In this document: one piece after another, positions 39,009 through 54,140 of the stretch | How the letters are laid out: each line of letters opens with the position of its first letter | How positions within the stretch are numbered: the first letter of the stretch is position 1 | DNA from: Octopus sinensis | Taxonomy: Eukaryota | NCBI RefSeq assembly: GCF_006345805.1 | Contig: NC_043014.1 | Location: 30,814,001 to 30,878,000, forward strand | Direction: 5' to 3' | Length of the DNA: 64,000 nt | Program-made: the position numbers and the translations under genes | The notes under the pieces: model-generated | What the model was told of the DNA's origin: nothing | The model's input: only the letters and a program-made list of their open reading frames with translations | The model's database searches: none

Positions 39009-41699
39009 AGAGATTAGCGTCTACTAATTCTTGCAAATCGCCCGACCGTCGTACGGAGACTCTCCAGTTGGCTTATGTTCATTTATTAAGTTCCAAATCA
39101 ACCCTGATTGAGCCAAACAGTGGTTGGTGCTAGTTGACGGCATGTTTGTAAGTTTTTTAACATCTGGTAAAACAAGGCCTTTCATGTTACATCCCACTTT
39201 TATTGATATATCTATTCGCCTCATATGCGATCATTCTTGTCAGTCAGTTAGGAGAGAGAGAGAGAGAGGTGGGGAGCAGCTTGCCGGACATTTAAGATGC
39301 CTTTTTCTTTCATCCATAATACAAACATATTGTTATAAACAACAGGTTAACTCTGATCGAGCATAGAAAGGCATCGCGGCCTTCGCTAGTTTTTCTTGTT
39401 TTCCAGACATTCAGGACTATCCTTCAGTAGATGCTATTTCTAACATTACTACCAAAATGTTCCGTCGTCTTATTGTTTCATTTCCTTTGTTGGGATGGTA
39501 GCAATATAACCAAGAGAAAGCTTGTGCTCGGGACATTAAAAAAGTTGAACTGAGATTGTCCAAGAGGTTCAGGTATTGGATAACTAGCTCTGTGTGTCCG
39601 TGTCCATCCGTGTCTGGCAAACGTTCAGCCTGAACGATTACTGCATTGTGCACGGTATGTTATATAAGCCTGTACGATCATCGCACTATCCGAACATGAA
39701 ACCTGAAGTAGCTCACGCAAAACTTCTGTATTCGTTAAGCCATTAAATGATATAAGTATATAAATGTATATATATATATGCCACAGAACCCGGGAAACCG
39801 ACCTTATGAGTATATGGTTTGAGAAGGGTCTTTGGTTCTTTGGTATACATATACAGACGTTATAAGAATTTAGAAACAGGAGAACATGAAATAATTCTTT
39901 TTTTTTTGGTGGGGGGGATTGTGAATTTGAAGTAGATAATAAAGCTATAAATAACATGTAAATATTGGGTTGAAAAACCCTTTTGCATAGAAAAAGTAGA
40001 AGGCTGCCTGTGGGACTCGAGCTCACATCTCATCTGGAAACTGGTTTTGTTTGTTTTCTTCCTCTATCCCCCCCCCCCCCCAAAAAAATTTAGCAATTCG
40101 GCAAGTTAAATAGTGATCGATAAAATTTCCAGACTGAAATATGCACTGCGGTCAATATGATGAATTATAAACCCTTGATTGCGTTTTTCTAACTTGGCCG
40201 CGGTCCAACAGTTGAAACCAGTAAAAGAGTAACAGCATAGGTTTACTCGATCCGAACTGAGACGGAGCTAAAATAGTCACGAGTGTACATCCATGCTTTG
40301 CACACATTATCAAGATTTGTTGTAGGTAAAGAAGAAAATCATGTTGGACTGAAGGTTTATTGCTATGTTGTCTTGTTATTGGTCCCAAGTCAGCATTCTC
40401 TGACAGCAGATTTATGACCAAAAGCATTCCAGTCATGACCATCCTGTCTTTGTTCTTTTTCTTTTCAAGTTACCCTCCCTTCCGGATGATTTTTATCTAA
40501 ATGTGTTTTTCTTTTTTAAAAAAAAAAGACTAATGATGTCTGAGGGAAATTTGGCTGCTATTTCTGGCATGTTCAAGCGACCGTGTAGAATCTCGTGTTG
40601 GCTCATCATCACCTCAGCTGTCATATTACTGCGTAGACTACGGATACTGCGGTAAACCGCATGCTAAAGTGAGCACCATAAAAAAAGAAAAGAACGAATA
40701 CAATGGACAATTTTGTACTAAGTATAGAAAAGTCGGGACGGTCATCGTTGGTTCGTCTTTGAGTGATAGCTCCGCACATTTTAAATAACGATACTTCAAC
40801 GAAATAAGTAAACACAAGTGATGGAATTATGTAAATAACGGGAAGTTGATAACTGCATTCTATTGGAGCGTGATGTGATTAGATTTTTTTTTATGATCTA
40901 AAACTAAATGTTGATAGTACAGTAAAAGACTTGTTATCAGAGCCTGGTCTTGGTAGAAATTTTACAAGTCCTTATTAAGTATTTCGGACATGAATTGCTA
41001 GATAACATGCGTTTTCTTTCTTCCATCGTAGTGTAAGTGCCTAGACAATATCGAAGAATTGATACAATCGGTGTAATTTCTCTATAAAGCCTAGTCAGCG
41101 TATTTATAATGTTATACACACACACGCACGCATGCATGCACGAAACTGAGGACCAACACTCGTTGTTTATATGTAAAAGGCTTCTTTCTTCTTCGCGATT
41201 GGCTTCTTTCAGTTTCCGTCGGCTATGGTCGACCTGGGGCTATATAGAAAACACTTATTCAAGGTGACACATAGTGGAACTGAACCCGTGACCACAAAGT
41301 TGGGAGGTAAGCTTCTCAGTCACACATCTACAATCAAAAGGGTTATATTTGTAATTAGGATAATCGCCTTGAAGGGTTTTTAATCGAACGAATCGACCCA
41401 GTGCTTATGTTTTTAAAGCTCGGTACTTATTCTATCAATCTCTAATGCCGAACTGCTAGTTTAAGTGGACGTAAACAAACAACACCGGTGGTGGTAGGGG
41501 ACAAACACAAACATATACACACACATCACGGGTTTCTTTCAATTCATAAGCCTTTGGGCGGCCCGAGGCTGTAAAGTAGAAAACACTTGCCCAAGGTGCC
41601 ATACGCATGAAAAAAATTGCCTTAAGAGAAAAGTACAAATAAAATTGATTGAAAATGATTCTTTTGACAGAAATCAATATTGGATCATAAATTAAGAAA

Positions 41700-42240
41700 A
41701 ACATTCTATTAAAGAAATATTTGTACGAAATAAACCACTTTTATTCCATTGGATTTTGGCACAAACTTGGTAGGCACATATCTTCAGTGGTAATGGACTG
41801 AACTGAACCGTTACTAATCTGTACATCATCTGAAAGCACACGGATGGTGATTCGACGATTTTCCCTAACAGCTGCACGCACATCTGCGATGGTTTTCTCA
41901 GTTCTGTTGGTTGCGGGTCTCCCAGAACGTTCGTCACGGTCGACATCTTTTCGGCTCATACACTCCTCTCCATACACTTTCTGCAATTTGGCGTAGGCCT
42001 CTGCGCAGATATCGCCAAGCTTTTGGCAAGATTTGATGCAGATTTATGGTCAATGATCCGATCACACGCTACACACCTTCCTTCCAATCACTGCTATACA
42101 CAGCGGAAGTGAACTAGAACGTTAAAATTTAGTGCGCATGCACAGCAGAGTTCACAGTTAGTGTGTGTCAAGCGACTTCATTCTGCGAGCTTTAGCTTCG
42201 TTTCTATGACAACAGCCGGATACTTATTGATCAGACCACG
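41700..42240 (-). mobile_element. Mariner 5' fragment
   Basis: TIR CGTGGTCTGATCAATAAGTATCCGG after TA. HTH region QKVYGEECMSR..DERSGRP..VRENRRITIR. Confidence 0.85.
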
Positions 42241-43756
42241 TATGTGTGTATGTTTGTATGTGTATATATGTATGTGTGTATATATATGTGTATATATATA
42301 TATCCGTATATATATAGATATACGTATATATGTATATGTATATATATACGTTTATATATATGTGTATATGTATATATGTGTGTGTATGTATATATGTGTA
42401 TAAACATATATATGTGTGTGTGTAAATATGTATATTTCTCTGCTTATTTCTGTATTCCTTTCTGTTGAAGAGCGTAGGCTCGAAACGTAAAAGACTTTCT
42501 CACTTTCCAAGCGTTAAACTAATACATCTGTTTGTTGTTGACACACCCGTCTTCGTCTTTTTTTTTTTAATAAATTCCAACCATATATATGTGTGTGTGC
42601 ATAAATTTATATAAAATATGCATATACATAAATACACACACAGGTGAGTGAGTGAGTGTACTCATGTACACATTAAAAAGCAAACAGATGGTCAAAGCTT
42701 TTGTACAGGGCATCGTGTTTTGAAGGTAGTCCAGATGACCTACAGCAATATAGCAACAAACTTACCGTTTTATGGGCTCGGCATTACTCTTCTTTGTTAC
42801 GTTTGCCAGTTACGCCGAGTTTAGTTCCATTCATGTCTGTCAAAGCTACGATTCAATATCTTTGTTGAAAGAAGGGAGGATATAGTTATGCTGTCCTACT
42901 GCATCTTCTGTAAAATGTCTCTATAGCCATCGACTGAAACCTCAGGACGTTTCCTTCCCAGAGGGTGTTGAACAATGAAAGCCAGTAATAATGGAGAGAA
43001 ACTGCAGTCAATAATTCACAGTTTAAAGTTAAGTTAATGTGATGTTACGAAACTCGTACTGGAGAATGTAGGATATTGAGTACTGCTGCTCAAGGTGTTA
43101 AGATCTCCCATCTGACTTACGGCAAACCGATTCATTAGTCACATCCTTTGTTTCGAGTTACGTCTTTTTCGATTTTACGAGGTTTTTTTTTTTAATGAAG
43201 TTAATGGTAAAAATAACGCCAACTTCAGTCGATGTATTTGTCTGTCTTGGCGAACATTTTAAAATCATAAAAATAAATAAATAAAAGACACTGAAATAGA
43301 AAATCAAAATCAAATGCATGTGAAAATGTGTGCAAATCATTTATTGAAACAGATATAAGTTTATTTATAGATTTGAAAGGTTTTCCGTGCTACGTCGCTT
43401 TTCGAGTTACGTCACATGTTTTGAAACCTATTACCAACGTAAGTTGAAGTAGGTCGGTATTCCACATTTGAACTCAAGTTATTTTGCCGTCACTAATTTA
43501 TTTGGATTCTATTGGTTCACATTTACATTATTCTACTGCAGTGGTTCTCAGATGGTGCGCAGTGGCACATAATTGTGCCGCAAAATGTAGCTAGATGACA
43601 CATCGAAAGTAATAAACAATTATGTTTGAAAAGTGTAAAAATAATATGCAAGATGAAATTCTAAATATAAAGTCTTACTGTAATAAGAAATATGTAAAGG
43701 TAAATCATCGTAAGCAAACAAAAATTCAATAAGCGATCTGTGTGTGTTTTATGTGT

Positions 43757-43771
43757 TGCTGCTGCTGCTGC

Positions 43772-43802
<31 letters not shown>

Positions 43803-44190
43803 CTTCTTCTTCTTCTTCTTCTTCTTCTTCTTCTTCTTCTTCTTCTTCTTCTTCTTCTTCTTCTTCTTCTTCTTCTTCTTCTTCTTCTTCTTCTTCTCTT
43901 CTTCTTCTTCTTCTTCTTCTTCTTCTTCTTCTTCTTCTTCTTCTCTTCTTCTTCTTCTTCTTCTTCTTCTTCTTCTTCTTCTCTCTTCTTCTTCTTCTTC
44001 TTCTTCTTCTTCTTCTCTCTTCTTCTTCTCTCTTCTTCTTCTTCTTCTTCTTCTTCTTCTTCTTCTTCTTCTTCTTCTTCTTCTTCTTCTTCTTCTTCTT
44101 CTCTTCTTCTCTTCTTCTTCTTCTTCTTCTTCTTCTTCTTCTTCTTCTTCTTCTTCTTCTTCTTCTTCTTCTTCTTCTTGTCGTCGTCGT
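43757..44190. repeat. Compound trinucleotide microsatellite (GCT)n(GTT)n(CTT)n(CGT)n
   Basis: About 380 bp of CTT/GAA with occasional 1-nt slips. Confidence 0.98.
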
Positions 44191-44933
44191 CTGTACGTGT
44201 TGGCAGAATCAAAAGCACTCCGGATAAAATACTTCGCGGCTTTTTTTTCCGACTCTTTACGTTCGGAGCAAAAATTCCGTCGAAGTCGACTTCACCTTTC
44301 ATTCTTTCGAAGTTGATAAAATAAATACCAACTAAGCAAGTGGGATTGAAGTTATCGACTAGCTCCTTCCCCACAAATTTCAGACCTTGTGCCTATAGTA
44401 GAAGGGATTATTATTGATTCATCATTTGAATAATAATTGTCCGTAGATTTGAAAATAAGATAAAAATTATGTTTTGACTTTAGACACAAAGTGTACTAAT
44501 ATATAATTCTTTGCTTGAAATTGCGCGGCGAGTTAAAAAAGAAAATGTTCGGGGCCCATGATCTACAACTTTTAATTTAGATTAAAAAGTTTGAAAGGTT
44601 CTAGAAATAGCAGCCAAATTTCCTTTAAATTCACTACATACACATAAAATGTTATGAAATATACTACATATGAAATATTTAACGTATTTATATTTTACAC
44701 GTACCGTGTAGATAGATAGATAGATACATACAGACACTGCATTATATGAGATATCTTGTGGATTAATGCAGATAATGTAATAATATTAATATGTAATAAA
44801 CATCTATTAAAAGAAAGAAATTATGCGTTTCATGAAAGTAGCTATTGGCTTGAAAGCCAGAGTAAATGTGCGTAACGTCAATTTTTCACAATTACTAATT
44901 CATGGCTTTACTTGTTTGGAATCTCTCTCTCTT

Positions 44934-44981
<48 letters not shown>

Positions 44982-46714
44982 ATTTACATACGAATTATCT
45001 AGATAGCTTTAATTGGTTATGCGATCTGCATATAGCTGCCAAATCTCCCTCAAATCACACTGTCGTCTTTGGAAACAGAAACAAAGCATTGGATAATGTA
45101 ATTGTTGAGAATCTGGGGTTTAAAAATGATGTGATGGTCGTTGTTGGAACGGTTTAGATCAGAAGCTTACTTGTTTAGGACTGTCGAGTGCTAAGACAGC
45201 TTATACGCACACATTGAATGTCTGACTTTATGATTTTTACTAAATGTTTATTAATGTCGATAAACTTTCATTTCAACTTTAACTACGACTTGACATCCTT
45301 TGCAATAATAAGCAAACTTGCAAACATATGAGCCATCACCAAAATATTGAAATAGCAACGAAATCTCTTTTTATCATCTTAGAAATAGAAATATATTGAA
45401 CAACAAAATATAGTGCTTGATACACTGACTAGAGAAAAAGAAAAAGACAAAAAAAAAGATGAAGCTGGGATGATAACGATTGGAACACTTTGGGTTCTGC
45501 AAATTGTCCCGGCTTGAAGAATTCATCTTGTGATTCTTTACTGTGGTAGCCTACTCACATGTCCGTAGCATCAGAGTTGTGTCCTCTCGATGTGGACACT
45601 AGGTGGGTGGAGGGACTCGTTGCCAGTAAAGTGGCACAAACTCTTCAGCCAACTGCTGTTTGATTACTTGCCTGTTGGCATGTTTAATTAAATTCGTAAA
45701 GCAATTGTGCGCGCGCGGAGGAAGTTTTATCGCGCCGGAGGTTTGCGAATTTTTCGAGTTAGTGACGATTTAGGCCAGATGAAATAACTGATTTGAAACC
45801 AAGCTGCGGCCTTGTAACAGTTAGAGACCAATGGCGAAAGCGATTTGGCCAATATGGAGTGTACAGCTTTTACGTCAACGGTACCCCCCCCACCACCACC
45901 ACTACCATCACATTTTAATAGAAACAAACGGGTGAAATCCAGTGAGCCAACTGTTAGCTGCCGGATACGAACCACAGATCTTCATTTCTTTGTACAGTAA
46001 GGGTGTCTACCGGGGCACGGTCATCTGAGAAAGATACATACAATGTTTCTACACACACAATTTCGTAGCACCACCACCATCTTCAGATGTTTTCAGTCAT
46101 TAACTTGAATCGGACATCTTCATATCTCTTACATTGAATATTTAAGAAAAACAACAACGAACCTTTTTGTGGTCACTCAATTTACTAGAAATAGCCACCA
46201 AATCTGCATCAAATCATGTCTTATTGTCTTAAAACGCAAACTTATTTGATAATTGATCTTCGGATAGATTGTCTGAAAATAAGACAGGTTGGTCTTGGCT
46301 AGAACGCTTTCTTCACAGATTTATTTGATTAGGATCGATTTGCAGTTAAACAAGAATTTTATGAGCTAATTATGGGAAATTCCGCTGTAATTTAATCTTC
46401 AAGAAATAATAAGCGACACGTCTTTCATGCCATAACCTAGTTGACTTGAGGTTGATACATGAGAAGTCACAACTGGAATGTATTTGATCCTAGGTCGTCT
46501 GCGATAAGGCTTTACCTGGGACTAAACAACAACAGCAAAATGTTTTATTTCTACCATCGTCGCTTTACCGAAGACTGTCTTTGGGATTCACTTGTGTTGC
46601 ATCCTGCAGATATTTTAATTTATGACTGAATATGAAGACTACATTGCAAGTGAGAGGTATCAATCGTTTCGCTTGAACAACCAACTTTCTCTCTCACTCT
46701 CTCTCTCTCGCGCG

Positions 46715-46758
<44 letters not shown>

Positions 46759-49700
46759 TCAGTTAGTTTTACATGGTGCGCGGCTAGAACCAGCGGCAGT
46801 GGCAACCAGTTGACGTAGTGGTAGGGTCCCGCGATTTTACGGTGTGCACTTTTCTGTCTTGGCTCCTTCGAAGTGATCCGATTCCGGAGGAGAGAAAGAA
46901 GGGAGAAAACGACTGGTATTTTAATTATCAGCCTTGAAGGGATAAAAGGCAAAGTCAACCTTGTTGGATTTGAACTCAATTCAGAGACCCCGAACGTTCT
47001 CACAAGGCACTGTATCCTATGCTCTACCGACTTGGCCAGTTCGCTTCTTAAAAGACGGTGCAGTCACGACCAGAAAGAATGTCTTTTCTTTTTAAATTCG
47101 GTCACTGCTGACCTGGTATTGTCTAAAAATATCAGCCAAATCGCCCTCAAGTCACATTCTACCGACTTGAGTGGGAGCGGTGAGGTGAGGGTAAAAAAGG
47201 TAACATCTACCCAGTAGACACACTATCGTTTAAATAAAGATTGTATGATCACGGCTTGCCCTCGTACACTTTTGACTATATATTTCTTTACTGCCCACAA
47301 GGGGCTAAACACAGAGGGGACAAACAAGGACAGACAAACAGATTAAGTCGATTACATCGACCCAGTGCGAAACTGGTACTTTATTTATCGACCCCGAAAG
47401 GATGAAAGGCAAAGTCGACCTCGGCGGAATTTGAACTCGACTATAGTTTTAGCTCAACCTGGGATGAAACAAAAATAACGGCAATTGCGAAAATAAACAA
47501 TAACCGCAACATCGACTATAACGACGGTTACCCGTCTGACTGAAGCATATTCGTTCGAAGAGTGACTGACGTAACTCTAACGCAACCGGCTGACGAAGTG
47601 TGCAGTATTTGCAGCCACACACACACATACTGCAGTTAGTTTTATATGGTGCGGCGGCTGTTCTTCTTCGGCACCCGACAAAACCGGCGGCAGCAGCAAC
47701 CTGTGGAAAAATCACACGACGCAATAATCGCTTTTCCTTCTTCTTTCTTTATCTCCTCTCCTATTTCTAACTTTTTTTCTTTTCCTCCTCCTCTCTCTCT
47801 CTCCGTCTTTCTCTTCCTTCCAACCGTCTCACTACTCATTCTTTACTTCTTCATACACATATATGTGTGTGTATGTATGTATGTATGTATATATTTTTTG
47901 CGTATAAATGAAACTAGTCACTCGCGTATTTTAACGTTTTACTCTGCTTAGCTACTATTTACACACAACCACACAAAGGTGTGCGGTTTTAATTGTGTAT
48001 TATGAACTGCGAATGGGAACCAAAATATATGTATATATATATATTAGTCTTTGCGATATTTTTTTTTCAAATCCTACCAGTGTCAGATCTTCCAATTCAT
48101 CTTGCTGGGATCTATAAAATAAAGTACCAGTCAAATATCGAACTGGGTTTGTTTCTGACTATGCACCTTTCCAAAATACGTGACATTGTACCTGTTCTAA
48201 GCTCTAATCTCACTGTGGCTGACTTTGTCCTTCATTCTTTCTAGGTGGAAAAATAAATAAATAAATAAATAAATAAAATGACGTATCCCAGTCAAGTACT
48301 GGACGTGGGGGTCGATATAATCGTCTATTCTCGTCCTAAAAAATATACAGCCCGAGTTAGACATTACCACGATTCGTTCCTATTTCTTTATTGCCCACAA
48401 GGGGCTAAACATAGAGGGGACAAACAAGGACAGACAAAGGGATTAAGTCGATTACATCGACCCCAGTGCCTAACTGGTACTTGATTTATCGACCCCGAAA
48501 GGATGAAAGGCAAAGTCGACCTCGGCGGAATGTTCTAAGTACAAAACATCACCCTTCGTAACATTAAACTATCACACGCAGATCTAACCAAATTTCCGCT
48601 AACGTACAACTGTTTAATGATAGTCACTCTTCCAGATTCTTTAATCGTCGGTGTGGTTTCATTATCTTTTCTTATTGGTTTCAAACGACACTACAGACAC
48701 TTTACCGGCGACTACTTTGTTCTCTTTCTCCTCTGCCTAATAAAAATTGTGTGTGTGTGTGAAAGAGAGAGAGAGAGAAGTTAACACCAGTAATATAACG
48801 AGATCGACACCTTTCATCTGCCATATCTTTGCGTTTCTGTTTGTTTATCTATTTTTTTCTTACCCTAGCAACTTGAAACTAGGGATCATTTTATGCATAG
48901 AAAATTTGCTTTATGAAGAGATCTGAAGATAAACTTCGTACATTTTTTTTTTGTTGTAAATCGGTTAGCAAGTTTATAAATGTCGACCGTTCATAATGTG
49001 GTGTTCTTGTTTTATGGTTTAGTTATGGGAGGAAAAGTAGTGCTCATAGTCTTATTTTCGTCAGTAGGTTTCAGCCGTCCTGTGTGGTATTCAAAAATTG
49101 GCTGCCACCTTCCTTAAAACGTAACATACCTTAGACTACCGCAAACACATGTATAGAAAGTGGCCGTCCTGTGCTGTCCGCACATCCCACTCTACGTCAT
49201 TGCCTTTTGCAGGGTCTCCGAAGCCAGTAAGTTACCTTCAGACGGAAGGAAACTACCCAAATGCTTCCAGCAGACGGACAGACTCTACGGAAAGCAGTCG
49301 AAACGTTAATCGGAGCGACGTTTTAAGTCTCTCAAGTTTCTTCTAAGGGTCACTTCTTGTTTATATCTAAACAGAACGTCATTTTCGCAAATGTAAGCGC
49401 AAGCGAATCTATAGTCAAGACATAGGTGGAACGTCCATTTTCTAGAATACCCCTTCCCCTATATTTTTCAAGTTTTTCATCCATTCGTCGATTTAGAGAT
49501 ATTCCAAATGAACATCAAACATATCGACTGTCTTGGAATACCTGCAAATGTCAGCAAGGACAATTTTTGTTTTGTTGAGGTTGATAGCCGTTTGAAATGA
49601 TTACAGTAAAATACTGGTACTTTAGTTTCTAATCAATTATCGAAGAAACTGAACGTTAAAAATCAACCACAGTATTACCTTTTATTCCTTCTAAACTCCA

Positions 49701-51469
49701 TTAATGTACATTAAAAAAAAGAAAATTCGCGGCCTTGGTGGTAAAGCGTCGGACAAGATGCTTCAACACTATATAGAATTGTGCCTTAAGTTTCTGAGTT
49801 CAAATCTCGCATAGGTTAATAAAGTAACAACCGATAACACATGGCGATTCCAATACTCAGAAAAATTGGTCTGTACGTTTGTGTCGCATATCTTAGAAAT
49901 AGAAGCAAATCTCTCTGCGTTTCAAGGAAAACAATTTAAGTTGATTTCTAACATTGGGACAGGACCAGAAATGTTTTAAGGTGTGGGCAAACTCGATTAT
50001 ATCTGACCTGGGCCTAAACAGCGGCCACAAAACTAATAAACTAATCCAAACTCTACAGCACACACACACTCTGAAGTGCCATACTGTTTAGACGCTTCCC
50101 ACATATTACGTAATATGCTAATATAGTGAAATCATACGAAACCACACATAGAGGAACAATCATACATATATAATAAACACACAGACGTGCATAAGAAACA
50201 AAGCATGAGTTTAGGTTGGTATGAATATAATCAAGGTGTGTATCTGGCGTTAATGCGGCGAAAATACCATTAACTTCTAAGGAGGAAAGGAAGGAAAATG
50301 TTTTACAGATACTTTAGGGCTATTGTCCTTGTGTCCTAATTAATGATAGAACATAGAAGTCTCTCCCCGTCCCTCGTGTGACACACACACGCGAGTATAC
50401 TTGTGTAGTATGTTTGTATACAGGTGCCCGCGTGCGTACTGTATATGTGTGTGTATATATATGGATGCACACACACACATGTAGCAATAAATGTTTTGAG
50501 TGTAAACCTGAAAATAGAATATACGTATATATTTAAATATAAGATACATGGGTATGAGTTGATAGAAGTGATCGAAATCTAGAGTAGCAAATAGATACGA
50601 GAAATAAAAGATGAGCAGTTCAAAACTATATCAATATATGTGTGTATAAGAACTTTACTTTCCGACCACTTGGTTCCGGGTTCAGTTCCATTACGTTGCA
50701 CCATATATATTTGTGCGTCTGAGTTTGTCCCCCACCATCGCTTGACAACTGATGTTAGTGTGTTTACGTCCCCGTAACTTTGCGGTTCGGCCCAAGACAC
50801 CGATAAAATAAGTATTAGACTTACAAAGAATAAGTCCTGGAATCGATTTGTTGGACTAAAGGCGGTGCTCCATCATGGCCGCCGTCAAATGACTGAAAGA
50901 AGTACGTGAGTGTGTCATTGTCTGTTCCTCACCAACGCCGGACAACCGATGTTGGTGTGTTTACGCCCCTGTAATTTAGTTTTTTGGCAAAAGACCCGAT
51001 AGAAAAAGTATATTTATGCACAAACATGGCTTTATGATTTATATTCGTTCGACTGCCCAGTAACTTATGTGAATTCTACTATAGCTCCAGGCAGACCACT
51101 GTGCAATGAACGAATTTGGAAAACATATACTGTTATATATGCATGGTTTTGTGGTTAAAAAACTTGCTTTGCAATTACTTGGTTTGAGGATCAGTCCGAC
51201 TGCGCGGTATCTCGGACAAATGAACAATATGTGTTCGAGTTTGTTCTCTCCCTAGTCGTTTGTCGGCGAGAGACAGATAGAATAATTACCAAGCTTTAAA
51301 AATCAGTACGGGGGGGGGGTGATTTGTCTGGCTACACCCTTGGAGGCGGTGCTCCACCATGACCGCAGGTCAATGACTTTAGTAAAAGGTAGTGTGTGTG
51401 TATGAAAGTGAGAGATACATGCCTAAACACACACGAACACACACACATACACACAATATTACTATATAT

Positions 51470-51971
51470 ATAGTTTTACATATATATATATGTATCTATA
51501 TATTTATATATATATTTATATATGTATATATATATTTATATATGTATATGTATTTATATATATATTTATATATGTATATGTATTTATATATATATATATT
51601 TATATATGTATATGTATTTATATATATATTTGTGTATGTATATGTATTTATATATATATATATATTTGTGTATGTATATGTATTTATATATATATATATA
51701 TATTTGTGTATGTATATGTATTTATATATATACATATTTGTGTATGTATATGTATTTATATATATATATGTGTATGTATATTTATATATATATTTTGTGT
51801 ATATATATATATATTAATATATATATTTGTGTATATATACATATATATTTATATATATATATTTGTGTATATATACATATATATTTATATATATATTTGT
51901 GTGTGTATATATATTATATATTTTGTGTATATATTATTCATATATATATATATATTGTATATATATATTTG

Positions 51972-52019
<48 letters not shown>

Positions 52020-52373
52020 TGTATATATTTGTATTGGGCCTCATGACACCATTATCTCTTATAACCTCAACTTCTTGCTAATATAGCACATATATTTGTA
52101 TAATATATATAATATTTGTATATCTATTTATATATAATTTTTATATAATTATTATATATTTGTATATGTATTATATTTATATATATATTTGTATATATGT
52201 ATATTTGTATATTTATATATGTATGTATATTTGTACATATATGTATATTTGTGTATATATATATGTATATTTGTGTATATATATATGTGTATGTGTATAT
52301 ATATATATATATACATACATACATATATATATATATATTTATGTATATATATATATGTATATTTGTGTATATA

Positions 52374-52405
<32 letters not shown>

Positions 52406-52592
52406 CATATATTTATGTACATATATATATATTTATGTACATATATATATATTTATAAATGTATTTATTTGTATATATTTCTATATATATATATTCATGT
52501 ATGTATATATATGCTTGTATATTATATATATAATGCTTGTATATATATAGGAGTATGTATATATATATATGTTTGTATTATATGTGTGTATA

Positions 52593-52634
<42 letters not shown>

Positions 52635-52789
52635 ATATATATATTTGTTGTATATATATATGTGTTTGTATATATCTATATAAATTTTTGTTTATATATA
52701 TATATATATGTTTGTGTATATATATAATGTGTTTGTATATATATATATAAATGTTTGTTTATATATATATATATGTTGTGTATATATTT

Positions 52790-52831
<42 letters not shown>

Positions 52832-53054
52832 ATATATAATATATATCTATATTTGTGTATATATTATATTTGTGTATATATATATGTTTGTGTATATATA
52901 TGTTTGTTATATATATATGTATTTGTATATATAATATAAATGTTTGTGTATATATATTTGTGTATATATATATGTTGTGTATCTATTTTTGTGTATATAT
53001 ATATATTTGTGTTATTATATGTTTTGTGTGTATATATATATATATAAATATGTT

Positions 53055-53094
<40 letters not shown>

Positions 53095-53159
53095 TGTATA
53101 TATGTGTTGTGTATATATAATGTTTGGTGATATACATATTTTTTGTGTATATATATATA

Positions 53160-53212
<53 letters not shown>

Positions 53213-53367
53213 ATATGTCTGTATATATATATATAATGTGTATATGTATGTATATATATCGTATATGTGTATATGTATGTATATATCTATATATATGTGT
53301 ATATGTATGTATATATATATATATGTGTGTATATGTATGTATATATATATATATATGTGTGTATATG

Positions 53368-53408
<41 letters not shown>

Positions 53409-53413
53409 ATATG

Positions 53414-53454
<41 letters not shown>

Positions 53455-53459
53455 ATATG

Positions 53460-53496
<37 letters not shown>

Positions 53497-54140
53497 ATAT
53501 GTAGTATATATATATAATATATATGTGTTGTTATATGTATGTATATATATATATATGTGTGTAATGTATGTATATATATATATATATATGTGTGTGTTAT
53601 ATGTATGTATATATATATATATGTGTGTATATGTATGTATATATATAATAATATATATATATATATGTGTGGATATGTATGTGTATAGTATATATATATG
53701 TGTGTATATGTATGTATATATTATATATGTGTGTGTAGATGTATGTATATATATATATTTGTGTGTATCGGTAATGGTATATTATATATGTTTGTGTATA
53801 TACATATTTGCATATATATATATGTATGTATATATATATATTTGTCTATATATATATATATATATATATGTGTATATATATTTTTTGTATATACATACAC
53901 GCACATATATATATGTATATGTTTATATATTTCTATATATTTTTGTATATTTGTATATGTATATATATATATATTTCTATATATTTTTGTATATGTATAT
54001 ATATATATATATTTCTATATATTTTTGTATATATGTATATTTGTGTATATATACATATATTTCTACATATTTTTGTATATATGTATATTTGTATATATAT
54101 ATATTTATATATATTTGTATATATATAAATTTGTATATAA
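51470..54140. repeat. ~2.7-kb degenerate (TA)n/(TG)n low-complexity tract
   Basis: Direct inspection. Confidence 0.97.

Noticed and set aside
43661-44374. 237-aa poly-K/E/R ORF
   Set aside because: It is the translation of the trinucleotide repeat plus a SINE.
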